DNA of 64,000 nt from Ignavibacteria bacterium (lineage in GTDB: Bacteria > Bacteroidota > Ignavibacteria > Ignavibacteriales > SURF-24). Under the pieces are notes generated by a model that was not told the DNA's origin, ran no database searches, and saw only the letters and a list, made by a program, of their open reading frames with translations. How positions within the stretch are numbered: the first letter of the stretch is position 1; each line of letters opens with the position of its first letter. Of this stretch, positions 36,936 through 45,776 are shown piece by piece. Made by a program: the position numbers and the translations under genes. Location: contig JAAXKN010000010.1 in NCBI GenBank assembly GCA_025612375.1, forward strand, positions 53,794 through 117,793. Direction: 5' to 3'.

Positions 36936-38153
36936 TCACTTAAAGAGAAGCATCTTTCTTGTCATTACATCTTTTCCCGCCGTCAGACGGTAGTAATAGA
37001 TGCCGCTTTTTATGCCTTTGGAAGGATTAAAGCTGATGCTGTAGCTGCCGGGCAGTTCGTAGCGGTTTACAAGGCTCATTACAGAACGCCCCCTGCAGTC
37101 AAAGACCTCGAGGTTTACAAATCCCGGCCTTGCAAGGCTGTAGTTTATTATGGTAAACGGGTTAAACGGGTTCGGGTAGTTCTGATGAAGGAAAAACTTA
37201 TCCTCGTATCCGGCCAGCTTATCTGTCTCCAGGACGGGAATTTTAAGGTTGCGGTCAAAGAATGCCACCACTCTTTTTAGAAGCGCGTCAGAATTAAAGG
37301 CGTTTCCGCCGTGAATTGCATCTTTTACGGGATAAAAGACTACTTCTTTTCTGTTCGTGGAAAACGCCTGCTTCAAGGCCTTATTCAGAAGATCGCTCTG
37401 GCTAAAAGGAACAACAGGATCATTAGTCCCGTGAGCTATAAAAAACGGGGGATCATCAGGGCTGACATACCTGATTGGATTAGCCAGTATGCACCTGTCT
37501 TTATTCTTACGAAGCGGTCCGCCGATAAGAAGCGCCTCATTTGATCTTGGCTGAAGATGATAGCCGTCCATTTTAAGAAAATCAGTCGGGCCGTAGAAGT
37601 CGCATACAGCCTGAATCCTGCTGCTGTATTCAAAATAGCCTCCCACGTTTCCCTCTATATTCATCGAAATGTCGCCGCTGGCTGAAGTCATTATGCCGCC
37701 GGTTGTTCCAAGCAGCGCCGAAAGGTGCCCTCCTGCCGAGGAGCCCCAGACGCCGATCCTCTCCGGATCAATGTTGTACTGGCTGGCATTCGCCCTTAAA
37801 AACCTGATTGCAGCCTTGCAGTCATTTAACTGTGCGGGAAATACCGAATCCTGGCTCAGCCGGTAATTTATTCCGGCTACAGCATAGCCTTTGGGCAGCA
37901 GGAGTTGTGCAGCCTGAATGGCGCTCGATTTGTTTCCGTATTTCCATCCCCCTCCGTGTATCCATACAACCAGAGGCAGCTTACCCTTTGGTTGCTTCGG
38001 CAGATAGATATCCAGCCTGAGGCTCCCGCCTTCTACCTTTGCATACTCAATATTTGCATAGGCTGGCTTCTGTGCGTGGAGCGTGGAACTGAAAGAGAAT
38101 ACAACAATACAGATACAAGCTAAATGAACTAAGAAACCAGTTGATGGCTTCAT
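36936..38153 (-). CDS. secreted alpha/beta-hydrolase (esterase/lipase, HGGG type) with T9SS C-terminal sorting domain
   Basis: Signal peptide. HGGGW oxyanion motif and GSSAGGH nucleophile elbow. C-terminal NYPNPFNPFT...GIYYYRL...KMLLFK is typical of Por/T9SS CTDs. Confidence 0.85.
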   Translation of the reverse strand: MKPSTGFLVHLACICIVVFSFSSTLHAQKPAYANIEYAKVEGGSLRLDIYLPKQPKGKLPLVVWIHGGGWKYGNKSSAIQAAQLLLPKGYAVAGINYRLSQDSVFPAQLNDCKAAIRFLRANASQYNIDPERIGVWGSSAGGHLSALLGTTGGIMTSASGDISMNIEGNVGGYFEYSSRIQAVCDFYGPTDFLKMDGYHLQPRSNEALLIGGPLRKNKDRCILANPIRYVSPDDPPFFIAHGTNDPVVPFSQSDLLNKALKQAFSTNRKEVVFYPVKDAIHGGNAFNSDALLKRVVAFFDRNLKIPVLETDKLAGYEDKFFLHQNYPNPFNPFTIINYSLARPGFVNLEVFDCRGRSVMSLVNRYELPGSYSISFNPSKGIKSGIYYYRLTAGKDVMTRKMLLFK

Positions 38154-38372
38154 AAAAGTAGCCCCTGACTTGTATTAATGACAATTTTAAGGAAAATCCG
38201 CTTCATTTTCAATTTGGAAAAACCCGTAAAACATACAGATACGAATTTTTCCACACATCCTGATGTCTAAGGGGTTTTCAGGAGCTCTGGAAGCTCATTT
38301 CTTGTATTATCCTGCTTTTCCGTTTTTTTCCCGGCTAATCTTTTCTTCTAAACAAGCGATGATTCTAAAGAA

Positions 38373-38412
38373 AAAGCTCAACAACTGTACATTCATACTG
38401 CTTTTGAGCTTT
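38373..38412 (-). terminator. hairpin downstream of panB
   Basis: AAAGCTCAA (38373..38381) pairs perfectly with TTGAGCTTT (38404..38412). Large 22-nt loop. TTCTTT follows on the minus strand. Confidence 0.4.
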
Positions 38413-38429
38413 CTCTTCAGAAGAATTAA

Positions 38430-39251
38430 CTAATACTGCTCCTTGTCGTTAGGAAAACTTCTGCTTTTGACGTCTTCAATATAATGGCTTACTGCCTCCG
38501 TAATAATTGTGTGCAGGTCCGCATAACGTCTTAAGAAGCGGGGGCTGAACCCCTTATTCATACCCAGCATATCGGCATAAACCAATACCTGTCCGTCCAC
38601 AGCTCCGCCGGCTCCAATGCCAATAACAGGTATTTTTAACTCCGAAGCCACGCGCTCAGCAAGCGTTGCGGGTATTTTCTCAAGCACAAGTGCAAAACAG
38701 CCTGCCTGTTCCAGAAGGTGGGCGTCACGGACAAGTTTCTCAGCCTCAGCGTCTTCTCTTGCACGGACGGCGTAAGTTCCGAATTTATTTATGCTCTGCG
38801 GCGTTAGTCCCAGGTGTCCCATTACAGGAATTCCGGAATCTATGATCTTCTTTACCATAGGGACTATTTCTTCCCCGCCTTCTAACTTCAGACCATCCGC
38901 ACCGCATTCCTGCATAATTCTGATGGCATTTGTTACTGCGAGAGTTTCATTTACCTGATAGGTGCCGAACGGCATATCAACTATAACAAGCGCCCTTTTT
39001 ACTCCGCGTACAACGCATTGTGCATGATATATCATCTGATCGAGCCTCATAGGCACTGTTGTCGTGTTTCCTGCCATTACATTCGAGGCGCTGTCTCCAA
39101 CCAGAATTGCATCAAGTCCTGCCCCGTCAAATATCAGTGCAGTTGTGTAATCGTATGCAGTCAGCATGGAAATTATTTCACCGCGCTGCTTCATTTCAAT
39201 CAGCCTGTGCGTGGTTACCTTGCGTAAATCGTTGCTAATATATCCAGTCAT
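38430..39251 (-). CDS. panB: 3-methyl-2-oxobutanoate hydroxymethyltransferase
   Basis: 273 aa. MLTAYDY, LVGDS and [10 protein letters not shown] motifs. Confidence 0.95.
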   Translation of the reverse strand: MTGYISNDLRKVTTHRLIEMKQRGEIISMLTAYDYTTALIFDGAGLDAILVGDSASNVMAGNTTTVPMRLDQMIYHAQCVVRGVKRALVIVDMPFGTYQVNETLAVTNAIRIMQECGADGLKLEGGEEIVPMVKKIIDSGIPVMGHLGLTPQSINKFGTYAVRAREDAEAEKLVRDAHLLEQAGCFALVLEKIPATLAERVASELKIPVIGIGAGGAVDGQVLVYADMLGMNKGFSPRFLRRYADLHTIITEAVSHYIEDVKSRSFPNDKEQY

Positions 39252-39571
39252 AACTCTTAAATTTTAATTATTAATGATATTTTATCCTGCCATAACCGCG
39301 CTACCCCAAAAAAGTTTTTTAAGCTTTCTCTATCCCGTAAAAAAAGGTGCATGCGAAATGACAGATTTATAATATACACTCCTTAATCGGGGGAATATAT
39401 TATTTGCAAATTTTGCTCAGGAAAATTACTATAAAAAGCGGTTAAATACACCCCGCCTGGCAGATTTTATTGTCTCATCTGCACATTTCCTGCCAAGGGG
39501 TGCTATTTGCTTGAAGATAGCTCAAATATGGCTTATCTTAGTGATTGGAAAATTTATACTGAAACTCTTAA

Positions 39572-40480
39572 ATGCGTAAAGAAAATTTCAAAGCATACCT
39601 TGCCTGGGTAAATGTGTGCATACTCTGGGGCACAACCTATCTGGCTATCAGAATAGGAGTCGAAGAATGGCCCCCCATGCTTTTTGCCGGCTTAAGATGG
39701 ATCCTGGCAGGGATAATTCTCATTATCTTTCTTAAAGCAAAAGGCTACCAAATGCCGGGTATGAAAGATTTCCTGAATATCTCGGTTATGGGAATTCTGC
39801 TTTTGGGATTTGGAAACGGACTTATCGTCGTCAGTGAAATTACGGTCCCGAGCGGACTTGCAGCCCTCCTGATAACGACTGTCCCCTTCTGGATCGTGGG
39901 CGTTGAGGCCGCTATGCCGCATGGAATAAGGCTGAATCTGAATGTGTTGCTGGGACTTATAATAGGGCTCCTTGGAGTTGGGGTTATTTTCGGGACCGAC
40001 CTGGATGCATTTACAGATCCTGCCTATATGAAAGGAATAATAGTCCTCTTAATCGGAGTTTTCCTCTGGGCTTTAGGCACACTCTACTCCAAATATAAGC
40101 GCCTCAGCGTGGCTCCCCTTACAAGCGCTGCCTTCCAGATGCTCACGGCAGGAGTTCTGCAGACCCTCTACGGCCTCATCACAGGCGAACAGCATCATAT
40201 GGCGGTCGGGCTTCATGGCTGGATGGCATTCCTGTACCTTGTCAGCTTCGGCTCTCTTATAGGATATACATCATACATTTACGCAGTTACACATCTTCCG
40301 GTATCCTTTGTCTCAACTTACTCCTATATAAATCCTGTAATTGCGCTTATCTTAGGCTGGCTCGTGCTTGGTGAAAAACTCGACCTCAGCACAATAGTTG
40401 CCGCTGCCGTAATCTTTGCAGGCGTACTGCTGGTAAAAAAAGGAACCGGAGAAAGACAAAAGCTGCCGCAGGCAGATTAG
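39572..40480 (+). CDS. EamA/DMT-family transporter
   Basis: 302 aa, 10 predicted TM segments in two EamA-like halves. Confidence 0.85.
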   Translation: MRKENFKAYLAWVNVCILWGTTYLAIRIGVEEWPPMLFAGLRWILAGIILIIFLKAKGYQMPGMKDFLNISVMGILLLGFGNGLIVVSEITVPSGLAALLITTVPFWIVGVEAAMPHGIRLNLNVLLGLIIGLLGVGVIFGTDLDAFTDPAYMKGIIVLLIGVFLWALGTLYSKYKRLSVAPLTSAAFQMLTAGVLQTLYGLITGEQHHMAVGLHGWMAFLYLVSFGSLIGYTSYIYAVTHLPVSFVSTYSYINPVIALILGWLVLGEKLDLSTIVAAAVIFAGVLLVKKGTGERQKLPQAD

Positions 40481-40524
40481 AAAATAATACTTAAATTCAA
40501 TTATACATATACGGGGAAATTAAA

Positions 40525-41082
40525 ATGCGGACAGTTAAGTTTCTTGAAGGAGAAAAAATTTATTTAAGGCCCATTCAGGAGAAGGACCTTGAACTTGTGG
40601 AATTTGGGAAAAACGATACAGATGTAAGGGAAACCCTATTCCTTTTTGCACCAATGACCCAGGAGCAGGTGCGGCAGGAGATGAACTCCTGGAGTTCAAG
40701 TAAAGAGATCATGTTCTTTACCATCTGCAGCCGGACTGACGATGAGCCCGTAGGGCAGACGGCATTCGTCAGAATTGACTACGTCAGCCGTGCGGCCGTC
40801 TTCTACATTGCCATATATGACCCGCAGTTCTGGTCGAAAGGCTTTGGAGGAGAGGCTACTAAACTAATGGTGAAATATGCCTTTGAAATCCTTAACCTGA
40901 ATAGAATACAGCTCCACGTCTGCAGCGAAAACTCAAAAGGCGTTAAGGCTTATGAAAAGGCGGGCTTTAAGATTGAAGGCACCTTAAGGCAGGCAATGTA
41001 CCACTTCAACAGGTACATAGATTTTTATGTCATGGGTATTTTAAGGGAAGAATATTATAAAATGAAATCTGAAGCTAAATAA
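40525..41082 (+). CDS. GNAT-family N-acetyltransferase (RimJ/RimL-like)
   Basis: 185 aa. WSKGFGGEA acetyl-CoA-binding-type motif, NSKGVKAYEKAGF. Confidence 0.85.
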   Translation: MRTVKFLEGEKIYLRPIQEKDLELVEFGKNDTDVRETLFLFAPMTQEQVRQEMNSWSSSKEIMFFTICSRTDDEPVGQTAFVRIDYVSRAAVFYIAIYDPQFWSKGFGGEATKLMVKYAFEILNLNRIQLHVCSENSKGVKAYEKAGFKIEGTLRQAMYHFNRYIDFYVMGILREEYYKMKSEAK

Positions 41083-41091
41083 AGGATATAT

Positions 41092-41634
41092 ATGCTCGTT
41101 TTAGTCGGATCGGGCAACCCGGTCAAGGTAAACGCTGTTAAAGACAGCTTTTCGAAATATTTTGAAAATGTCGAAGTTAAAAGTTTCGCGACCGCCTCGG
41201 GCGTTTCAGACCAGCCTTTCGGCGAAGACACCTTTACGGGTGCCAGGAACAGGGCCATGGAACTGACTCTGATAAACAGGCGTGAAAACCTCGGCGCCGA
41301 TTTCTTTGTGGGAATTGAAGGAGGCGTCCTTAATTACTTCTCGCGCTGGTTCGGTTTCGGCGTCATGTGCGTAATGGATGGTAATGGGAAAACGGGGTTC
41401 GGCACTTCCCCGCACTTCGAACTGCCGCAGGTGGTGGTTGAAGAACTCCACGCCGGAAAAGAGCTCGGAATTGTAATGGACGAGCTGACAGGCAAAATGA
41501 ATACGAAGTACCATAACGGGGCGATAGGATTTTTCACCAACGGCGTTATGGATAGAAAGGACCTATACGTGCATGGAATGATCGTGGCCCTGGCACCTTT
41601 TCTGCACAGGGAGCTTTTTTTTAACCAGGGCTGA
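41092..41634 (+). CDS. yjjX: inosine/xanthosine triphosphatase (YjjX/DUF84 family)
   Basis: 180 aa. N-terminal VGSGNPVKVNAV, SGVSDQPFG, GIEGG motifs. Confidence 0.85.
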   Translation: MLVLVGSGNPVKVNAVKDSFSKYFENVEVKSFATASGVSDQPFGEDTFTGARNRAMELTLINRRENLGADFFVGIEGGVLNYFSRWFGFGVMCVMDGNGKTGFGTSPHFELPQVVVEELHAGKELGIVMDELTGKMNTKYHNGAIGFFTNGVMDRKDLYVHGMIVALAPFLHRELFFNQG

Positions 41635-41657
41635 AAACTTTGTCCGGCCCTTTTTTC
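41627..41657 (+). terminator. weak intrinsic terminator after yjjX
   Basis: AGGGC (41627..41631) pairs with GCCCT (41647..41651), followed by T6. Confidence 0.45.
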
Positions 41658-41691
41658 TTTGGTCTTAACTCACTAAAATACCGGAGAAGTT

Positions 41692-44055
41692 ATGAGAGTT
41701 GCTGCATATGCGTTGTTTCTTATCGGTTTTCTTTTTCTGCATTCTGATGTATTCTCAAGGCCTGATGGCAAAGAGTCCGCAAAGAAGAAAACGCCCTATG
41801 ATTATGTGGATCCGTTTATAGGTACAAAGGAGATGGGGCATACTTTCCCCGGCGCCTGTGTCCCGTTTGGGATGGTCCAGCTGAGCCCTGAAACAGATAC
41901 GGTCCAGTTCTTAAAGGACGGGAAATATAACCCTGAGGTTTACCGCTACTGCGCAGGCTATCAGTATAACGACAAAACCATTGTGGGCTTCAGCCATACG
42001 CATTTCAGCGGAACGGGCCACTCGGATCTTGGCGACTTCCTTATTATGCCCTCAACGGGTAAACTCTATCTGAACCCCGGGACTTGGGACCACCCCGAAG
42101 AAGGCTACCGCTCCACCTTCAGCCACACAACGGAAGCTGCCTCACCCGGATACTACACTGTCAAACTGGATAAGTATAACATCAAGGCGGAGCTTACTGC
42201 TTCGAACAGAACCGGTTTCCACCAGTACACCTTCCCCAAATCCGACAGCGCCCACATCATACTCGATATGAATTACGGCATTTATAACTACGACGGCAAG
42301 GTGATCTGGAGCTCTATTAGAATTGAAAACGACACACTTGTAACTGGATACCGCATTACTGAAGGCTGGGCCCGGACGCGCTACATTTACTTTGCCATGG
42401 TTTTCTCCAAACCGTTCAAAAACTACGGCTATAAAAACAGCACCGAACCCTTGTATAAAGGCTTCTGGAGAAAGTTTAACCAGAGTGAAAATTTTCCTGA
42501 AATGGCGGGGAAAAATATTAAGGCGTATTTTGATTTCTCAACAAATGAAAATGAGAAGATTAAAGTTAAGCTCGCCATTTCATCGGTAAGTTCTGAAGGC
42601 GCCCTTAAGAATCTCGTGACTGAAGTTCCCGGATGGGACTTTGACTTTGTACGCAGCCAGGCCCGCAGGAGCTGGGAAAAAGAATTAAATAAAATTACCA
42701 TTGCGGCCACAGACAGCGTTATGACAAGTTTCTACACCTCGATGTACCACGCCGATATCAGTCCCGTAACCTACAGCGACGTGGACGGATACTACAGGGG
42801 GCTTGATAACAACATACATAAGGCAGAAGGCTACACAAACTACACAACTTTCTCTTTATGGGATACATACCGGGCGCTTCATCCCCTCTTTACAATAATT
42901 CAGCAGAAGAGGACAAGCGGCATGGTGCAGTCGATGATTGACCACTACTCCCAGAGCGTGCACAAGCTTCTTCCCGTCTGGGCGCACTATGGAAACGAAA
43001 ACTGGTGCATGATAGGTTACCACAGCGTGCCTGTAATTGCTGATGCGTACCTGAAGGGAATAAGGGGCTTCGATACATTAAAGGCTCTTGAGGCCTGCAT
43101 AGGAACTGCCCGGAAGAGCTCCTTCCAGGGAATTGGGGACTACCAGAGGCTTGGTTATGTGCCTATGGATAAGCTCGGCCAATCGGCTTCTGTAACTCTG
43201 GAATATGCTTATGACGACTTTACAATTTCGCGGTTTGCCGGTGCCGTAAATAAAACGGCAGAAGAAAATGAGTTCACAAAAAGAGCCATGAATTACAAAA
43301 ATATATTCGACACTTCAACAGGCTTTATGAGGGCAAAGGATTCCAAGGGTAACTGGAAAAGCCCGATGGATCCTTTAAGCACTGACGGGCAGGGCTTCAT
43401 TGAAGGCAACGCCTGGAATTACTCACTCTACGTGCCGCAGGATATAAAGGGGTTTATTGGACTCCTTGGCGGAAAAGACAGGCTCGCCAGAAGGCTCGAC
43501 TCGCTTTTTACGATGCAGCTGGACGACAAGTATTTTGAAAATACAGAAGATATCTCACGCTCGGGACTCATCGGAAACTACGTGCATGGAAACGAACCGA
43601 GCCATCACGTTCCCTATATGTACAACTGGGCGCTTCAGCCCTGGAAGACGCAGCAGAAGATTCACCTGATCATGAATTCCATGTACCGCAACGCTCCTGA
43701 CGGCCTTTGCGGAAACGACGACTGCGGACAGATGTCGGCCTGGTACATCTTCAGCGCCATGGGCTTTTACCCCGTCTGCCCCGGGACAAATGAGTATGTA
43801 ATAGGAAGCCCCTCGGTAAATGAGGCTAAGATTACCCTCGAGAATGGGAAATTGTTTACAATAAAGGCAGAAAATTACAATAGTAAGAATATTTACATTC
43901 AGTCTGCCGAGTTAAACGGCAGGCCGTATAACAAAAGCTACTTCATGCATGAAGACATAATGCATGGCGGAAGCCTCATATTCCACATGGGCCCAAAGCC
44001 AAATAATAAATGGGCGGCTTCTGAAGACTCCATTCCCTTTTCCATTACAAAATGA
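41692..44055 (+). CDS. GH92 alpha-mannosidase, secreted
   Basis: 787 aa. Signal peptide. GTKEMGHTFPGA and GNEPSHHVPYMYN motifs typical of GH92. Confidence 0.92.
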   Translation: MRVAAYALFLIGFLFLHSDVFSRPDGKESAKKKTPYDYVDPFIGTKEMGHTFPGACVPFGMVQLSPETDTVQFLKDGKYNPEVYRYCAGYQYNDKTIVGFSHTHFSGTGHSDLGDFLIMPSTGKLYLNPGTWDHPEEGYRSTFSHTTEAASPGYYTVKLDKYNIKAELTASNRTGFHQYTFPKSDSAHIILDMNYGIYNYDGKVIWSSIRIENDTLVTGYRITEGWARTRYIYFAMVFSKPFKNYGYKNSTEPLYKGFWRKFNQSENFPEMAGKNIKAYFDFSTNENEKIKVKLAISSVSSEGALKNLVTEVPGWDFDFVRSQARRSWEKELNKITIAATDSVMTSFYTSMYHADISPVTYSDVDGYYRGLDNNIHKAEGYTNYTTFSLWDTYRALHPLFTIIQQKRTSGMVQSMIDHYSQSVHKLLPVWAHYGNENWCMIGYHSVPVIADAYLKGIRGFDTLKALEACIGTARKSSFQGIGDYQRLGYVPMDKLGQSASVTLEYAYDDFTISRFAGAVNKTAEENEFTKRAMNYKNIFDTSTGFMRAKDSKGNWKSPMDPLSTDGQGFIEGNAWNYSLYVPQDIKGFIGLLGGKDRLARRLDSLFTMQLDDKYFENTEDISRSGLIGNYVHGNEPSHHVPYMYNWALQPWKTQQKIHLIMNSMYRNAPDGLCGNDDCGQMSAWYIFSAMGFYPVCPGTNEYVIGSPSVNEAKITLENGKLFTIKAENYNSKNIYIQSAELNGRPYNKSYFMHEDIMHGGSLIFHMGPKPNNKWAASEDSIPFSITK

Positions 44056-44065
44056 GTTTTGCCCC

Positions 44066-44098
44066 AAAGATGCCGGGGATCATTTCCCGGCATCTTTT
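44066..44098 (+). terminator. intrinsic terminator after GH92
   Basis: AAAGATGCCGGG (44066..44077) pairs perfectly with CCCGGCATCTTT (44086..44097). 8-nt loop, T-run. Confidence 0.85.
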
Positions 44099-44124
44099 GC
44101 GGGCGGGCAAATTTCTGTGAATTT

Positions 44125-44808
44125 TTAGTGTCCTCCTGCCAGAACCGGTTCACCCAGCGATATACCCTTCCTGTTCCTGTCAATAAAGTATCCCCATGCA
44201 ACAAAAATCCACTGCATCAGGCTTCCAACTGCAACTGCCTCAGCTGATGGAGGCGGCGGACTTACCATATTTGTTACATATATGGCTAAAAGAAATATGA
44301 GAAGACTCCAGAGCCCGATCGTCCCTTTCTTATTTTCAGCCCTCGTTGAAAAAATATAAAGGGCCGCCCCGGCAATAAATATGACGCCTTCAACCAGCAC
44401 TGTAAGGGAAACAAAGTTCCAGAGCCCGAGCCCCACTTTAATGCTGCTTCCCGGGTACAAAGGAAGATCCGGCACATGGGAAATCAAATCAAGTATCCAG
44501 TGGCTTAAGACAAGCGTTCCCAATATGAGGGAGCTCTTAAGGTTTTTCCTTATAAGATAATAGACACCTCCTAAGAGCAGAGCCCATATAAGGACAAAAA
44601 GCAGGCTGTGAGAAAAAGGATAATAAATAAAATTTAGCGGAGTAAATTCAGAATTACCCGGCTCAATTTTGACTTTCTCAATTCCTGTTAGCATGAGCAT
44701 CGGCCACAAAAGGTCAATAAACTGCGAAGCCAGGAACATTGTGCCGAGCGACGGCTTATCGTCCAGTTTTTTTGCAGCCAGGGCTGCACCAAAATGACCA
44801 ATAAACAT
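44125..44808 (-). CDS. membrane-bound metal-dependent hydrolase-like protein (YdjM/DUF457-like)
   Basis: 227 aa polytopic. N-terminal MFIGHFGAALA. Conserved His residues at helix ends (SHSL, SHWILD, SHVPD). Confidence 0.5.
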   Translation of the reverse strand: MFIGHFGAALAAKKLDDKPSLGTMFLASQFIDLLWPMLMLTGIEKVKIEPGNSEFTPLNFIYYPFSHSLLFVLIWALLLGGVYYLIRKNLKSSLILGTLVLSHWILDLISHVPDLPLYPGSSIKVGLGLWNFVSLTVLVEGVIFIAGAALYIFSTRAENKKGTIGLWSLLIFLLAIYVTNMVSPPPPSAEAVAVGSLMQWIFVAWGYFIDRNRKGISLGEPVLAGGH

Positions 44809-44826
44809 ATTGCCCCCTCTTTTATT

Positions 44827-45552
44827 TTAATTGAACAGTACAGTAACCCCCAGGTGTGCAGTTATAAGGTCCGTTTTCGACCTTGATGGAGTAAACAGCA
44901 CCTTTCCCTGCTCAATTCTCATCGACCCTTCCTTCAGGTACTCTGCTTCCGAGCCCAGCATATAGCGTGCTTTTAAGTCTATCCATATGCCGGTAACCCT
45001 CCAGGGAGAGTTCGTTTCTTCATCATTGTTTTCCATTTCATGAACCTTTATCATCAGCCCCCCTCCTCCGCCATAGCTCCAGGCCCAGTCGTCAAAGTTT
45101 GTAGAGCTGGCTACTTCCTTGTCAAAGTTACCGCTGCTGTTGATCTGTGTCTGTGTGTAGAGATAGGAGCCTCCCCAGAGCCCTTCAATATAAGGCCTGA
45201 CGTTCCCGGCCGGAGGCATAATTTGCAAAAGGAGGTGAAAGTTGACAATGTTATTTGTTCTGTTCACGCCTACCGTCACGTCCGGAATGGTCGTGCTGAA
45301 AGGTTCATTGCGCGACTCACTGCCGTAGGTCATATAGCTCCCGTCCAGGCCGAGCGTAAAAGGCATTGAAGGGTTTACAGTCCAGAGAGTTAAGAACCCC
45401 TCTGCCCCGAAGCCCATGCGGTCTATACTTTTTTTGAAATCCCCCTGCGGAAACCCCATCATAAAGTTGATGCCCGCAGACTGTGGAAGGATTTCAGGGC
45501 TTAAGCCGAACAGGAAAATAAATAATGCCGTTATGGTAAATTTTCTTCTCAT
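44827..45552 (-). CDS. outer-membrane beta-barrel protein
   Basis: Signal peptide, alternating hydrophobic beta-strand pattern, C-terminal ...GVTVLFN. Confidence 0.65.
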   Translation of the reverse strand: MRRKFTITALFIFLFGLSPEILPQSAGINFMMGFPQGDFKKSIDRMGFGAEGFLTLWTVNPSMPFTLGLDGSYMTYGSESRNEPFSTTIPDVTVGVNRTNNIVNFHLLLQIMPPAGNVRPYIEGLWGGSYLYTQTQINSSGNFDKEVASSTNFDDWAWSYGGGGGLMIKVHEMENNDEETNSPWRVTGIWIDLKARYMLGSEAEYLKEGSMRIEQGKVLFTPSRSKTDLITAHLGVTVLFN

Positions 45553-45776
45553 CCTTTTTCCTTTGTATTTGAAAAGTTCACTATAATATTAATGAATTTC
45601 TGGAAAAATTACTATTTCCGCCGTTACGGGAAAAGGGAGTTTTCCCACACAAGCCGAACTTTTTTAACGAAAGATAAGTTATAAATAGAAAACCTGGTTA
45701 TAAAAGCCGGATAATCAGCTAAGTTAAAACAAAAATGTAAATCAATTAAAGCGGCCTAAGTAAGATTTATTTTGAA

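Noticed and set aside
45628-45646. A small GGGAAAA-gggag-TTTTCCC hairpin in the spacer upstream of the histidine kinase gene.
   Set aside because: It is a short 7-bp stem with an A/U-rich half, no U-tract and no obvious association with a transcript end. It is probably fortuitous.
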